This document shows positions 37,016 through 51,657 of a DNA stretch of 64,000 bases, piece after piece. Where the stretch lies: the NCBI RefSeq assembly GCF_030028105.1, contig NC_092392.1:15330613-15394612 (forward strand), given 5' to 3'. The stretch is from Mobula birostris (taxonomy: Eukaryota). The position numbers were made by a program, and so were the translations under genes. The stretch's first letter is position 1. Every line of letters begins with the position of its first letter. The notes under the pieces are model-generated. The model was not told the origin of the DNA. It was given only the letters and a program-made list of their open reading frames with translations, and searched no databases.

Positions 37016-37464
37016 GATCATTCTACTTTTTACCTACCTCTGACTCATTACCATCCTATTTCAAAATGTCCTCAACTGCTCTGAGGCAACTCTATCTTTG
37101 ACTTCAAGTATGTATTGTACCATCTCAGAGTTTCATTCACTGCTACAGATATGCCTCATTATGAGTCAGCTATCACTGCAGTTTGCCTAGTTATTTTTCT
37201 CCCTATTATCCAGCAGGTCCGACCATGGTACCACAAATTTGGCCATATCTCCACAGTATCCTAGATGGTATGTCTCTTTGAGAGGGAAGTGGCTTTCTGC
37301 CTGTGGTCAAACTGCAGCAAGCTTGCTAAATCTGTTTGGTCTATGGGGCAGTTAAGAAGAACAGCTGGACATATTTCCCAACACGATCACCAGAGACACT
37401 GAAAGTATTCATGATTTCTTACTTTATGCAGGAGGAACATAACTATTGTTCTGACGTTTCTTGC

Positions 37465-38622
37465 CATACCCTTGCCAAGCCAGCGAGCACTGTAAGGGTC
37501 ATGTCTTTTGACTTCTCCAGTGCGTTCAACACCATCTGCCCTGCTCTGTTGGGGGAGAAGCTGACAGCGATGCAGGTGGATGCTTTCTGGTGTCGTGGAT
37601 TCTTGATTACCTGACTGGCAGACCACAGTACGTGTGCTTGCAACACTGTGTGTCTGACAGAGTGATCAGCAGCACTGGGGCTCCACAGCAGACTGTCTTG
37701 TCTCCCTTTCTCTTCACCATTTACACCTCTGACTTCAACTACTGCACAGAGTCTTGTCATCTTCAGAAGTTTTCTGATGACTCTGCTATAGTTGGATGCA
37801 TCAGCAAGGGAGATGAGGCTGAGTACAGGGCTACAGTAGGAAACTTTGTCACATGGTGTGAGCAGAATTATCTGCAGCTTAATGTGAAAAAGACTAAGGA
37901 GCTGGTGGTGGACCTGGGGAGAGCTAAGGTACCGGTGACCCCTGTTTCCATCCAGGGGGTCAGGGTGGACATGGTGGAGGATTACAAATACCTGGGGATA
38001 CGAATTGACAATAAACTGGACTGGTCAAAGAACACTGAGGCTGTCTACAAGAAGGGTCAGAGCTGTCTCTATTTCCTGAGGAGACAAAGGTCCTTTAACA
38101 TCTGCCGGACGATGCTGAGGATGTTCTATGAGTCTGTGGTGGCCAGTGCTATCATGTTTGCTGTTGTGTGCTGGGGCAGCAGGCTGAGGGTAGCAGACAC
38201 CAACAGAATCAACAAACTCATTCGTAAGACCAGTGATGTTGTGGGGATGGAACTGGACTCTCTGACGGTGGTGTCTGAAAAGAGGATGCTGTCCAAGTTG
38301 CATGCCATCTTGGACAATGTCTCTCATCCACTACATAATGTACTGGTTGGGCACAGGAGTACATTCCGCCAGAGAGTCATTCAACCGAGATGCAACACAA
38401 AGCGTCATAGGAAGTCATTCCTGCCTGTGGCCATCAAACTTTACAACTCCTCCCTTGGAGGGTCAGACACCCTGAGCCAATAGGCTAGTCCTGGACTTAT
38501 TTCCTGGCATAATTTACATATTACTATTTAACTATTTATGGTATTATTACTATTTGTTATTTATGGTGCAACTGTAACGAAAACCAATTTCCCCCGGGAT
38601 CAATTAAGTATGACTATGACTA
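37465..38622 (+). mobile_element. 5'-truncated Rex/Babar-type LINE with an open RT C-terminal ORF
   Basis: ORF 37590-38483 WILDYLTGRPQYV...GAPQQTVLSPFLF...QKFSDDSAIVG...LNVKKTKELVVD...SFLPVAIKLYN; (TATGAC)n tail. Confidence 0.9.
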
Positions 38623-38996
38623 TTGTCATCTTTTAGTTACCTCATATAATTCAGAGCACCTTACTGGGGACCTTTCTCTTCTTTAAATACAAACAACTAC
38701 ACTTGTTATTAGTACTTAGCCTCCAATTTTAGCACTAAACAACTGCAATCAAAAGTCCCCAGAAGAATTAAAGAAAGGAAGACAAAACCCAATAACCAAT
38801 CACCCTCCTCACCAAAACCCCTCATTCACCCAAGTCTCTACTCTGTGTTCACTGCACTCCAAGAAAAGCTGTACAAAATCTTTACATACTTTTCAAAGAC
38901 TATTTAGAATCCTCTTTCCACACCACCCATCATTTTCCCCCATCAAAAAATGTCTCGAACTCTTGTTAAAAATGTAGATACCTTAAGGATAACATA

Positions 38997-39205
38997 CAGT
39001 GGCATGCAAAAGTTTGGGCACCCCGGTCAAAATTTCTGTTACTGTGAATAGCTAAGCGAGTAAAAGATGAACTGATTTCCAAAAGGCATAAAGTTAAAGA
39101 TGACACATTTCTTTAATATTTTAAGAAAGAAAGCTTTTTTTTATTGCCATCTTTTACAGTTTCAAAATAACAAAAAAGGAAAAGAGCCTGAAGCAAAAGT
39201 TTGGC
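38997..39205. mobile_element. Solitary IR/DR arm of a second Tc1 family
   Basis: TA|CAGTGGCATGCAAAAGTTTGGGCACCCC with inner repeat gcaaaagtttggca about 195 bp downstream; no partner seen. Confidence 0.7.
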
Positions 39206-40399
39206 ATTTGTCTTAGCAAAGTTTCTGAATCCTTTTATGGAATTAAATGTACTTCACATATTAATCAAAATCTATTACACAGAGAGATATAAATAGCTCA
39301 GTTAGGTGTACATATTTAGATTCATGCCTATCAAATGATTGGACTGACAATATCCTAAAATTAATTCTTCATGCCAGAAACATGACAACCAAAGAGTGCA
39401 AACCCCATGATAAATTAGAAATAAGAAGGTAAAGAGGCAGCCTGGATGTTTTCAAACACATTTAAAAAATAGGCAAATTTCTTGGTCAATTTTTTGAATT
39501 AAATAACTTTAAGGAAAGAGATCATTATATGTGAATTATGGGATAATAACACTTGCAAGTATAAAGCAGCTTCCTGTGAAAGAAATATTTCAAGGTAGTT
39601 TACAAAAAGGCATAAGATTCGAGGTATTTAAAGATACTTAGAAATCAGGCATCTGGCCTTATTCTTAGAAACCAAGTGTTTGTCATTGATGATATGGAGA
39701 AGAGAAGGATGAAGCATACAGGTTTATTCTCAGCAGAAACTGAGGACTTGGTGAGGGCCGCAGAGCAGTAAATCACAGAAACCCAGGGTGAGCTAAGATT
39801 GATTAAAGTTGGATTTAATGGAGGGTGGTGAATAACAGTGTATTTGAAATTGTTCAGAGTTGACATAATTTCATTGTTAAACTGGGATAGGAATTGTGAG
39901 GACAGGAGCAAAGGCAAGTATTGTAGTCTTGAAAATATGGATAGATGTGTTGTAACTGTTTATGGACCCTTGGCTAAAATAGCAGTCTAGATACATCTAC
40001 ATATGTAAAGAAGGAAAGGGAAACATATTGACTCAGAAAGATTGCTGAAAAATCATTGGAAAGTGTATTTTAATTAAAAATAAACAATGTTGTAAAACCT
40101 GAGCAGGTCTGGCAGCATTTATGGAAAATAAGAAATTAATGTTTCAGATCAAATACCTTTTATCAGAATTGACAAAGGAAGAAACATCCTGACTTTTCTC
40201 AGCATTTTCTGTTTTCATTTCAGACTTCCACTGACTGCATTTCTTATTTTATTTGAATTTCATAGGTGATTTTACCAGACTGATTTTTATGGATGTAGCC
40301 AAATTAAACATACCTCCGTCCATTTTAATGGTGGAATTGATCTTCAGGATAATAGGATAATCTTTGGGATCAAGCAAAATGATAGATGAAGAACAGATT

Positions 40400-42020
40400 G
40401 ATTCAAAAACCAAACTGCTGGAGGAACTCAGCAGATCAGGATCTGTGAAGGCAAAAGAATGGTCAATGTTTTGAGTTGAGACACTGGATCAGGACTGAGT
40501 TTCTGGTAGGAAGATAGCCAGTATCTTGGAGGTGAGAAGATGGGGTGAAATAAGGGTTGGTAGATTATAGGTGAAATCAAATGAGCTGGGGATGTGGGCC
40601 TTCAGACCAGACGTAGGGGGCTGTTTGAGATGAAGACTGCTGGGTAATAGGAAAAAAATAACAACAGTTAAGAGAAAATATTGGCAGACGGAGACAGGTG
40701 AGGTGAGGCAGAGACAGAGGCTGGAAAGTGATAGGTAGAACCAGATATGGGACACATGGTGTATGGAATCAAATGAAGGAGTGGATAGGAAAGGTAAACT
40801 GGGGGAGAAGAATCTAAGTTGGATAGGTTTATGGCTGATAGGCAGATGAAATTAGATGGGGCAAAGAGTAGAATCAAGGTAACTGGAGAGCAGGGTGGAA
40901 TGGAAAAGGTGAGCAAAGGGGGAGAGGGTTAGGGTAGATCAAGGAACACAGAGAGAGTGGCTGCACGAGAGACTACAGATGCTGGAATCTAGAGCAATGA
41001 ACAACCTGCTGGAGGAACTCAGTGGTTTGAGCAGCATTTGTGGGGAGAATTGCAGGCTACCCAAATGGAATATGAGGTGTTGCTCCTTTTATTAGATTCA
41101 AAGTAGGAAAATATTGTCTTTGATCCTTGGCACTAAATACATGTCAAAGCCTCTGCTGTCAACTTTACTCAAGAACAGCACTTGATATTTCAGATTGATA
41201 GAGGTACACAGAAAACTCTGGCTCACCTGGAATGGCTGTTTAGGCCCCCGGATCATGTTGAGGGAGAAGATGCAGGGACAAGTGTTGAGCCTCCTGTAAT
41301 GTCAGCAAAAAATGCTAGTGGTTGGGGGAAGGTGAGTGGGAAGTGTGAGTGGACCAGTGAGTCATGCAGATAGTGGTCTCTGGGAAGGTAGAAAATGGAT
41401 GGGAGTGTAGAAGAGGAAGATATGGTTAGTAGCATGATTCTGTTGGAACTGACAAAAATGGTAAAAAATGATATACAGACTTCAGAGGCTCATGGGGTGA
41501 ATACTGAGGACCAGAGGAACTCTATCTCTATTCTGTCTAGGGAGAGGAGGTGGTGAGAGCAAATGTGGGAAATGGTGGAAATAAGTTTAAGAGTTCCATT
41601 GTCTATGGCAGCAGGAAAGCCTCATTTTCTGACGAAGGAAGACATTTCAGAAGTCCTAGAGCAGAAATCTTCATCTTGAGAACAAATGCAGCTAAGATGG
41701 AGAAATTGTGAGAAACGGTTGGCACCTTTACAGGAGACAGGACGAGAAGACGTGTAGTTGAGTTAGCTGAAGGAGTCCATAAATGTATAGTGGATTGTTC
41801 ACCGAGATGAAGATAAAGAGATCTGGGAAAAAGGAGGAAAAAATGTAAGAACTAGACCAGGTGAATTTGAGGGAAGGTTGGATATTGGATCTCTCGCAGT
41901 CTTATTGAAGAGTTTCAGCCAAAACCATTGACCACCCCTTTGAGTCCACAGATATTTCTTGCTGCAATCCAAGTTACTTTTTGTTCCGTATTCCAGTGTC
42001 TGCAGTCTTTTGTGTCCACA
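40400..42020 (-). mobile_element. Old Penelope-like element(s) with inverted pLTR remnants
   Basis: RDHYLHDSLVHS remnant homologous to 6900-6945; pLTR motifs tgctggaggaactcag at 40417 and 41007; inverted pLTR near 41895-42020. Confidence 0.65.
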
Positions 42021-42790
42021 TTCTATTGAATCCTTGGCTTATTGTACTCTAAAATTCAGCTTTATTGAAGTCAAAGGTATGAATTTGGAGCAGCATACAG
42101 TGTGTGGTGAATACTGTATTGCATGTTGATTGCCTTCCAGCAGGGATGGATTTCTAGACAAATCTTTGCATTATATTGTTGTTTGAAATCCTTTGTATTA
42201 TTTATAATTGCCTCCTCATTCATTAAATTAAATAGAAGTAAATTACTAAAATCTATCCTTAAATGTACAAATAAGTGATGGAAAGCAGTTTATGTTTTGT
42301 CAAATGAAGTTATTTGTTTGTGCATAAGAACTTGACTGGCTTTCACTGCCATTGTGAAATGGACCCTGCATTCACGTTCTGTGACGATGAGGTTTACAGT
42401 ATTCAGATCCATGGTATAATAGCTTGACTTATTCAAATTCTCTCATGGCTGTCCTCTGCAGATTTATTAGCTGTAAGCGATCAAGACTGCTACAGCTTAT
42501 ATTCTTGCAAATGCACAACATTATCATCACCCTCAACCTTCCAAAAGATTGAACTTTATGTCGTCAGCTTAATGTCTCATCAAATGTCCCTTAAAGTAAG
42601 TACCAGTTCTCATAAGGTTTTCTGCCCTCAGCACCTATTCCTTCAACCACCTTATTCACCTTATCACCATCTACTGTAAATGTTCAATCAACAGTCAAGA
42701 GATATATGAGGTGCTGTATGTGAACATAAAACACTTTATAGGAAAGAAAATTATTTTCAATGTGATATTTTAAAATTAAATTTCATTTTA

Positions 42791-45082
42791 GAACATAGAA
42801 CATAGAACACAGAATAGTACAGCACAGTACAGGCCCTTCGGCCCACAATGTTGTGCCGACCCTCAAACCCTGCCTCCCATATAAGCCCCCACCTTAAATC
42901 CCTCCATATACCTGTCCAGTAGTCTCTTAAACTTCACTAGTGTATCTGCCTCCACCACTGACTCAGGCAGTGCATTCCACGCGCCAACTACTCTCTGAGT
43001 AAAAAACCTTCCTCTAATATCCCCCTTAAACTTCCCACCCCTTACCTTAAAGCCATGTCCTCTTGTATTGAGAAGTGGTGCCCTGGGGAAGAGGCGCTGT
43101 CTATCCACTCTATCTATTCCTCTTATTATCTTGTACACCTCTATCATGTCTCCTCTCATCCTCCTTCTCTCCAAAGAGTAAAGCCCTAGCTCCCTTAATC
43201 TCTGATCATAATGCATACTTTCTAAACCAGGCAGTATCCTGGTAAATCTCCTCTGTACCCTTTCCAATGCTTCCACATCCTTCCTATAGTGAGGTGACCA
43301 GAACTGGACACAGTACTCCCAAGTGTGGCCTAACCAGAGTTTTATAAAGCTGCATCATTACATTGCGACTCTTAAACTCTATCCCTCGACTTATGAAAGC
43401 TAACACCCCATAAGCTTTCTTAACTACCCTATCCACCTGTGAGGCAACTTTCAGGGATCTGTGGACATGTACCCCCAGATTCCTCTGCTCCTCCACACTA
43501 CCAAGTATCCTGCCATTTACTTTGTACTCTGCCTTGGAGTTTGTCCTTCCAAAGTGTACCACCTCACACTTCTCCGGGTTGAACTCCATCTGCCACTTCT
43601 CAGCCCACTTCTGCATCCTATCAATGTCTCTCTGCAATCTTTGACAATCCCCTACACTATATACAACACCACCAACCTTTGTGTTGTCTGCAAACTTGCT
43701 AACCCACCCTTCTACCCCCACATTCAGGTCGTTAATAAAAATCACGAAAAGTAGAGGTCCCAGAACAGATCCTTGTGGGACACCACTAGTCACAATCCTC
43801 CAATCTGAATGTACTCCCTCCACCACCACCCTCTGCCTTCTGCAGGCAAGCCAATTCTGAATCCACCTGGCCAAACTTCTCTGGATCCCATGCCTTCTAA
43901 CTTTCTGAATAAGCCTACCATGTGGAACCTTGTCAAATGCCTTACTAAAATCCATATAGATCACATCCACTGCACTACCCTCATCTATATGCCTGGTCAC
44001 CTCCTCAAAGAACTGTATCAGGCTTGTTAGACACGATCTGCCCTTCACAAAGCCATGCTGACTGTCCCTGATCAGACCATGATTCTCTAAATGCCTATAG
44101 ATCCTATCTCTAAGAATCTTTTCCAACAGCTTTCCCACCACAGACGTAAGGCTCACTGGTCTATAATTACCCAGACTATCCCTACTACCTTTTTTGAACA
44201 AGGGAACAACATTCGCCTCCCTCCAATCCTCCGGCACCATTCCCGTGGACAACGAGGACATAAAGATCCTAGCCAGAGGCTTAGCAATCTCTTCTCTCGC
44301 CTTGTGGAGCAGCCGGGGGAATATTCCGTCAGGCCCCGGGGACTTATCTGTCCTAATGTATTTTAACAACTCCAACACCTCCTCTCCCTTAATATCAGCA
44401 TGCTCCAGAACATCAACCTCACTCATATTGTCCTCACCATCATCAAGTTCCCTCTCATTGGTGAATACTGAAGAGAAGTATTCATTGAGGACCTCGCTCA
44501 CTTCCACAGCCTCCAGGCACATCTTCCCACCTTTATCTCTGATCGGTCCTACCTTCACTCCTGTCATCCTTTTTTTCTTCACATAATTGAAGAATGCCTT
44601 GGGGTTTTCCTTTACCCTACTCGCCAAGGCCTTCTCATGCCCCCTTCTTGCTCTTCTCAGCCCCTTCTTAAGCTCCTTTCTTGCTTCCCTATATTCCTCA
44701 ATAGACCCATCTGATCCTTGCTTCCTAAACCTCATGTATGCTGCCTTCTTCATCCTGACTAGATTTTCCACCTCACTTGTCACCCATGGTTCCTTCACCC
44801 TACCATTCTTTATCTTCCTCACCGGGACAAATTTATCCCTAACATCCCGCAAGAGATCTCTAAACATCGACCACATGTCCATCGTACATTTCCCTGCAAA
44901 AACATCATCCCAATTCACACCCACAAGTTCTAGCCTTGTAGCCTCATAATTTGCCTTTCCCCAATTAAAAATTTTCCTGTCCTTTTGATTCTATCCTTTT
45001 CCATGATAATGCTAGAGGCCAGGGAGCGGTGGTCACTGTCCCCCAGATGCTCACCCACTGAGAGATCTGTGACCTGACCCGG
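42791..45082 (-). mobile_element. 5'-truncated CR1 LINE, relatively young
   Basis: 546-aa and 137-aa ORF2 pieces joined by one frameshift near 43318; FADNTK (D to N); (TTCTATG)n tail; 9-bp TSD ttcatttta at 42782-42790 and 45083-45091. Confidence 0.95.
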
Positions 45083-47187
45083 TTCATTTTATTCTGGAGT
45101 TCAATTGTTTAAGACAGTTAAGAAAAGTTGTTTCAACTGCTGCTCATTTCATTAAACTGCAGAGAAAGTTTGTTTTCAGTAAACAAAAATAGGATGTGCT
45201 GTCTGCTTTGAATCTGGAATGTGTTACTTCCCAGAACCGATTTCATCCAGCTACAATCTTGCACCAGAAATATTTTGGAAGACAGAACAAATTTATGACA
45301 TTTTCAAGTGGATCCTACATTTCAGTTCTTCCAAATAGATAATGAAATGCTTTTTTTTTCATAAACGTGGTCATTTTTCTTTGTTACTGTGGAACATTAA
45401 TTCCAAAGGTTTGAAAGCAGTAAGTCAAGCCATACTGTGAATTAGTGATTGAAATTATTTTCAAAATGTTCCCAGAGATTTCGTTTGTACTGCAGTTCAA
45501 AATAAAAGAAATGAAAATACATGTGTTCTTTTTCTGTTAAATAGGCCAAGCCATGTTATTAACTTTTGATATTTTCATGCTCAGTAAAGGGAAATTTCTG
45601 CTTGAGGGTGAGCATGTTGCTGCCCATTAATGTCATATTAAAGGAATGTAGTACATGTTTTCCTCCAGAAGACAAATGAACAAAATAGATTAAACAACAA
45701 ACATTTTCAATGAGGAAATTGTCCCCATTGACCCCAAGGTCTCCATGTTTTTCCTACGTTATGCATAATTAGCTATTTATTATTTAATCCATATAAATGC
45801 TTAGGATTTCGCACACACACCTGCATTTTTTGGATTTGTACAGCCACTGTGCTGTAGAACTGTTTGGGAATGCAGTCTACAGTATATTATTCATCACCAT
45901 CTTCCTCTCTCTTTGCTATCAAGGTGGCCACTCCTGTATAGACAACGTGAACCTGACAACCCAATTTCAAAAATCAGTAGAGGGCACATAAGATGCTATG
46001 GGGCTAACCTATCAATTGGTTTGAAACAGAATCTCATACATGCACTCAGAACATGGTAAAGAGGAGGTCGCAAAAATGCTAGAAGATTTTACCTTTTTAA
46101 AACTATTTTCTAGAAATTTTGGAGGCTAATATCTTTCTCACGCTAAAGCAAATTTCAAGATCTGTCTCATGTTTCTAATTCAGTCCTACATGGTGAATGC
46201 CGAGGACCCTACTTCCAGTGTATATACAGTATATTTTAGGATAGAACTACGATGTGGAAATAACCTTTTTCTACTGTATCACTATCAGCAATTGATAAAT
46301 AATAAAGATGGAGGAATGTTTATAATTTTGGAAAATTTAAGAGAGCATTGTGCTAGTTGCTTCTCACAAATGGGAAATCTGTACCCAAGAAGAGTATTCA
46401 ATATGCACTGTAACCTTGAAATATTAACATGTGCTCCTGATGGGAACAAGAATCACTGCCTATCATCCAGTGAGAGAGTGTAATCGTACTGCAGTGTTTC
46501 AAATAACCACATGTTTTTTTCTATAACCACATGGTACATTTTCCCTGTAACCACATGGGTGTTCTGGTTTCTTCCCACATGCCAAGGACCTTCTGGTTGC
46601 TCTGTTAATTGGCTACTCCAAATTACCCCTTAGTGTAAGTAATTGGTAAGAGAATCAGGGGTGAGAGTAAATGTTACAAGGAAATAAGTTGGGGAAAGCG
46701 GCTGATGGGATCACTCCTAGAGGCAATTTAGACTTGAAAGGCCAAATGGCCTCTTCCTATACTATAAGAAACTATGAGATTTTACCTACAATCAAATACA
46801 ATTTCAGGTTCAGTGTTTCTCTTCCCATAGAAGCTGAACTCTCAAACATTTTATTTTCAATACAGGCAATTTTTTGCTCAAAAAAACTTCTTTTAAGTGT
46901 AGATATAATTATAGTAAATGCCTATGCTTTGTTCAAGACCAGTATCTCCTTCCAACAGCGTGGTGCCCAGGACTACTCATAAATATAATTTAACTGGGGC
47001 TTTATATGGAAATGACGTAACTTCTGTTCCCAGCAGTCTTTATTAGCCATTTGGTTCTTTTCAATTCCTGTTAATTTCAATGCTCTGTAAATTTGTTTCC
47101 CCAAATCTTTTTGAACCATTATGGTTTCCAATTTTTTATTATTTTGTAAGTATCCCATTTTTAAAATTTATAGAATGAATGACCTTA

Positions 47188-48238
47188 AGAGGGGTGATTG
47201 ATAAGTTCGTGGCCTAAGGTAGAAGGAGTCAATTTTAGAAAACCTAGCACATTTATTTTTTAACATAGTCCCCTCCTACATATACACACTTAGTCTGGCA
47301 GTCGTGGAGCATACGGATCCCTTCTTTGTAGAAGTGGTCCACAGCAGGGGTAATTGATAAGTTCGTGGCCTAAGGTAGAAGGAGATGAGTTATTAACTTA
47401 AAACTTTCTGCATTATCACTCAAAGAGTTGAACTGCACGTGCATGTAACAAGAGCATCTTGGACCTCCAGGTGGTTCACAGCAGGGGTGATTGATAAGTT
47501 CGTGGCCTAAGGTAGAAGGAGATGAGTTATACAGCTCTCGTTACATACACATCTTCTCCGTGGATTGTCACCTTGTTGTGGTGGAGAAGCTTGTGTGGTC
47601 CTGTGATCCCAAGAGCAATGCCGTCTGGAGCTATGATTCTGGTAGGGTCACCCATGGCGATAAGGTCGAGGATGAGGTCCCTGACAAAGAACAATCCAAC
47701 CAAGACCTCAACGGTGGAACAGGTGGACAAAGTTACTTCGAACTCAACGGCTGTGAAGGCTGATGAAGGCTGCAACAAATCCATCAGCTCCAATCGTCGT
47801 GGTTTCCATGCCATTGGAATCAGTTGGTTGATTTGTGAAGTATCGTGCTTCCTGGAGTGCAACATCAAGTACACGTTAAACAAATACTTGCACAGGCGTC
47901 TTCACTCTGTGGGCCACTTCTTCAGAATGAAGACCATCAACCTCGACCTCGAGGGATAGCCACGACGATGACATGCACATGCAGTTCAACTCTTTGAGTG
48001 ATTATGCAGAAAGTTTGAAGTTAATAACTCATCTCCTTGTACCTTAGGCCACGAACCTATCAATCACCCCTGCTGTGGACCACTTCTAGAGGTCAAAGAC
48101 GCCGACCTCTACAAAGAAGGGATCTATATGCTCTACGACTGCTGGACTAAGTGTGTAAATGTAGGAAAAATAAATGTGCTAGGTTTTCTAAAATTGACTC
48201 CTTCTACCTTAGGCCACAAACTTATCAATCACCCCTCA
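47188..48238. mobile_element. Mariner-type foldback MITE with internally repeated terminal units
   Basis: TA-flanked long TIRs (gaggggtgattgataagttcgtggcctaaggtagaaggagtcaattttagaaaacctagcac...); the terminal ~35-mer recurs at about 47346, 47483 and, inverted, 48030. Confidence 0.85.
47553..47970 (+). mobile_element. ~420-bp RTE-derived non-autonomous element inside the MITE
   Basis: The 5' part (gtcaccttgttgtggtggag...ggtagggtcacccatggc..gacaaag) resembles RTE/Expander 5' UTRs; gacgatg tail; TSD acatacacat / acatgcacat. Confidence 0.65.
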
Positions 48239-49004
48239 TATGTTATTTCCTTGGAATGAAATGTATTTCCCACTGTATTACCATCCCTCAAGCTATTGCT
48301 GTCTCTTTGTAATTGGTAAATTGGTTTACTATTGCCACATATACCAACATACAGTTCTCTACATTCCATCCATACATTACATTTTGTTACATCAGTGCAC
48401 TGAGATAATACAAAAGAAAAATATATGCAGAATAAAGTGTTACAGTTATCGAGAAAGTGCAGTGCAAGTAGACAATAAGGTGTAAGGCCACAATAAGGTG
48501 GACTGGGAGGCCAAGAGTCTATCTTATCATACAAGGGTACCATTCAGTACTCATACAACAGCAGGATAGAAGTTGTTCTTGAGCGTGCTGGTATGTTCTT
48601 TAAGGTTTTTTTTTAAATCTTTTGCCTGATGGAAGAGGGCAGAATAGTATGTTGGCTATTTAACTAAGGCAATGGGAAATGTAGACAGAGTCCATGTGCT
48701 ATTTTGGATAGATGCGTGACAGAAAGAATGCTATAAAAATTGGTGAGGGTCACAAGGGAGATTGCAAATTTCTTTAGCTATGTGAGAAAGTAAACACACT
48801 GGTGCACTTCTTCAGCTATGGTGTCTGTGATTGGACTAAGCTGGGCTATTGGTGGTGTTCACTGCAAGGACATCAAGCTCTCAGTCCTCTCGACCTTGAT
48901 GTAAACAGGAGACTGTGCACCGAACCTCACCCCTTTGCCCCCCCACCCCTTTCTGTAGTCAATGACCAACTCTTTTGATTTGCTGACATTAAGGGAAAGG
49001 AAGT

Positions 49005-49825
49005 TAGACCATAAGTCATAGGAGCAGAATTGGGCCATTCAGCCCATCAAGCCTCTTCCACCGTTCCATCATGGCTGATCCCAGATCCCACACAACCCGA
49101 TACACCTGCCTTCTCGCCATATCCTTTGATGCCCTGACTAATCAGGAAACGACCAACTTCCGCCCTAAATATACGCATGGACTCTACTGCAGTCTGTGGC
49201 AAAGTATTCTACAAATTTACCAGTCCCTGGTTAAAAAAACAAGATTGCTTCTTACCTCTGTTCTAAAGGATCACCCCTCAATTTTGAGGCTGTGCCTTCT
49301 AGTTCTGGATACCCCCACCATAGGAAACATCCTCTCCGCATTGATCCTATCTAGTTCTTTCAACATTCAGAGGGTTTCAATGAGATCCCACACATTCTTC
49401 TAAATTCCAGTGGTACAGCAAATGCTTCTCATGTGTTAACCCCTTCATTCCCAGAATCATCCTCATAAACCTCCTCTAAACTCTCTCCAATGACAACACA
49501 TCCTTTCTGAGATATGGGGCCCAAAACTGTTGACAATACTCCAAATACAGCCTGACTAGTTTCTTATAGAGGCTCAGCATTATCTCCTTGCTTTTATGTT
49601 CTATTCCCCTGGAAATGATTGCCAACATTGCATTTGCATTCTTTAGCACAGACTCAACCTCTAAATTAACCTTCTGGGAGTCTTGCACAAGGATTCCAAG
49701 TCCCTCTACACCTCTGATGTTTGAACCTTCTCTCCATTTGGATAATAGTGCGCACAATTGTCCCTATTACCAAAATGCATTATCATATATTTCCTAACAC
49801 TGTATTCCATCTGCCACTTTTTGCC
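49005..49825 (-). mobile_element. CR1 3' fragment nested in an older Rex-like remnant (about 48310-49945)
   Basis: LGILVQDSQKVNLEVESVLKNANAMLAIISRGIE...LEYCQQFWAPYLRKDVLSLERV and a CR1 3' UTR. Confidence 0.75.
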
Positions 49826-51574
49826 ACCATTATGACACCACTAGCTACTAACACTCTTATCTCCTTCCTGTACTCCAACATTATCTGAGATTTGGCCCAC
49901 TACGATAGTATTATCTACAAAATTGTCAATGGAGTTTGAGCAGAATTAAATGCGTTTGCCTGTAAACTTGTAGATGTATCTTTTCTAATGCTATCAGCAG
50001 ATAGGACACACAGTGTTTTACATCAGAACATCAGAAATAGAAGCCAAAGTGAGCCATTTTGCCCTTTCTTCCCCTCTGCCACTGGATGGTTACCTCAGCA
50101 TCACCCTCTTACACTAGCTTTCCCCACTGCCTTTGATTTCCATAATACGTAAACAAAAACATCCACCTTGGTCTCAAGTATATTCAGTGACTGACTGACC
50201 ATGCACAGTCCTCTTCATGAAGAATCCTGAAGGTTCATAATCTCTGGGTAAAGAATTGTTTTCTCATTCCAATTCTGACTGGATGACTCTTTATTTTGGC
50301 ACTGTGACCCCTGGATCTAGACAAACCATCCCAGGGAAATATCAACTCTCCTCTGTAGGATTTTGGATAGCTTCAATGATAGCTCCATACATTTTCTAAA
50401 ATAGAAGAGTATGTACCTAATCTTATAACCTCGAATATAACAAACCTATCATCCCAGGAATTAATCCAATGAACTATTGTTTATCTCCTCTATTGTAAGT
50501 ATTTCCTTACTCAGATATGAAGACTAAACATGCACACGTTATCGCAAATGTGGTCTCCCAAGCCATTCATTACCGCCAACAAGAGGTAGCTAAACATTTA
50601 CTCTTGATGTTCAGTGGTATTAGTCAAATGAAATTTATTGTCATGTGCAGAAGTATTGTGAGGTATGTGCACAGTGAAAAACTTGTTTGCAACAGCATCA
50701 TGAGCTCAAAGGTTCAGACAGCACTCAAAACATAAATTATATGTAAATTTGACAAGATAGTGAAGAAAAAAACCCCTGCAAAACAAGACCTTAGTGCAAA
50801 TAAAAACACAATCCGAGGCAAGTCCGTGGTAGTGCAAAAGGTAGTTATGAAGGACTTGAACAGAATAATCAAGGAAAATTGAACACATTCTGAGGCTATA
50901 TGTCTGAAGACTAACTTAACAATTGTTAGCTTTTTAAAGGGTAGAGCTTCAATCCACTTCCCTAGACATGTTGGTCACTGGGATCATAATTGGGAAGTCT
51001 CTACTGAAATATTTTACTTCTTACTAAAATGGATTTGATGCAAAACTGGAAAAATATTTATGTGTTCAGACGAAACCTTTTTTTCTCTTTCATGACATGG
51101 GAATTAAGGTGATGGTAGAATTTTTTTTGTAATGATGTGAGTTTACTCCTTTTAACCATAGGTTTGATGGAGTAACTTGGAGAAACCTTTGGAGAATTTT
51201 TTGTGAGCTATAGTTTCTTCAAGATTTACTCACCTGCTGTGCCATTCCTCTATTGATTCAAGAAGAATACTTTATTATTGACACTAGGAACTTTCAAAAT
51301 CAAGGCTGGAGGATACTATCAGGCACAATCCCTCTGTAACTGCTGGCATAGCATAAATTCCTCAGATTTCTAGGGTATTTTACTGCTATTACATGTACAA
51401 CATTTCATATTGCAGTTTATATTATGAAGGATTAATCAAGATGGAAGTATTAATTTTCTTTGTCCATGAGTACTGATTTTATTGAACAAGAGAAGTATTC
51501 ATTAATATGTGACTTTAAAAAAATACAATACTGTTCATTGTTGCTGAAGCCTAATTTTCTAATCTACCTTTCAG

Positions 51575-51657
51575 TTATTTTCTGCTGGAAAAATTGCTGG
51601 AACGCAAATTGGCTATTTGAAATCCAAATATATGTCACTGCATGAGGCTTTAAAAAG
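51575..51657 (+). CDS. CCDC146: CCDC146 second coding exon (83 bp)
   Basis: tttcag|TTA...AAA AG|gtaaaa. LFSAGKIAGTQIGYLKSKYMSLHEALK(R) vs remembered human [28 protein letters not shown]. Phase 0 in, phase 2 out. Confidence 0.9.

Noticed and set aside
36133-37043. 223-aa and 280-aa plus-strand ORFs
   Set aside because: Antisense shadows of CR1 ORF1 and its 5' UTR.
47188-47525. CRISPR-like spaced ~35-bp direct repeats
   Set aside because: Eukaryotic context, spacers over 100 bp and related to each other, and mirrored on the other arm: MITE substructure.
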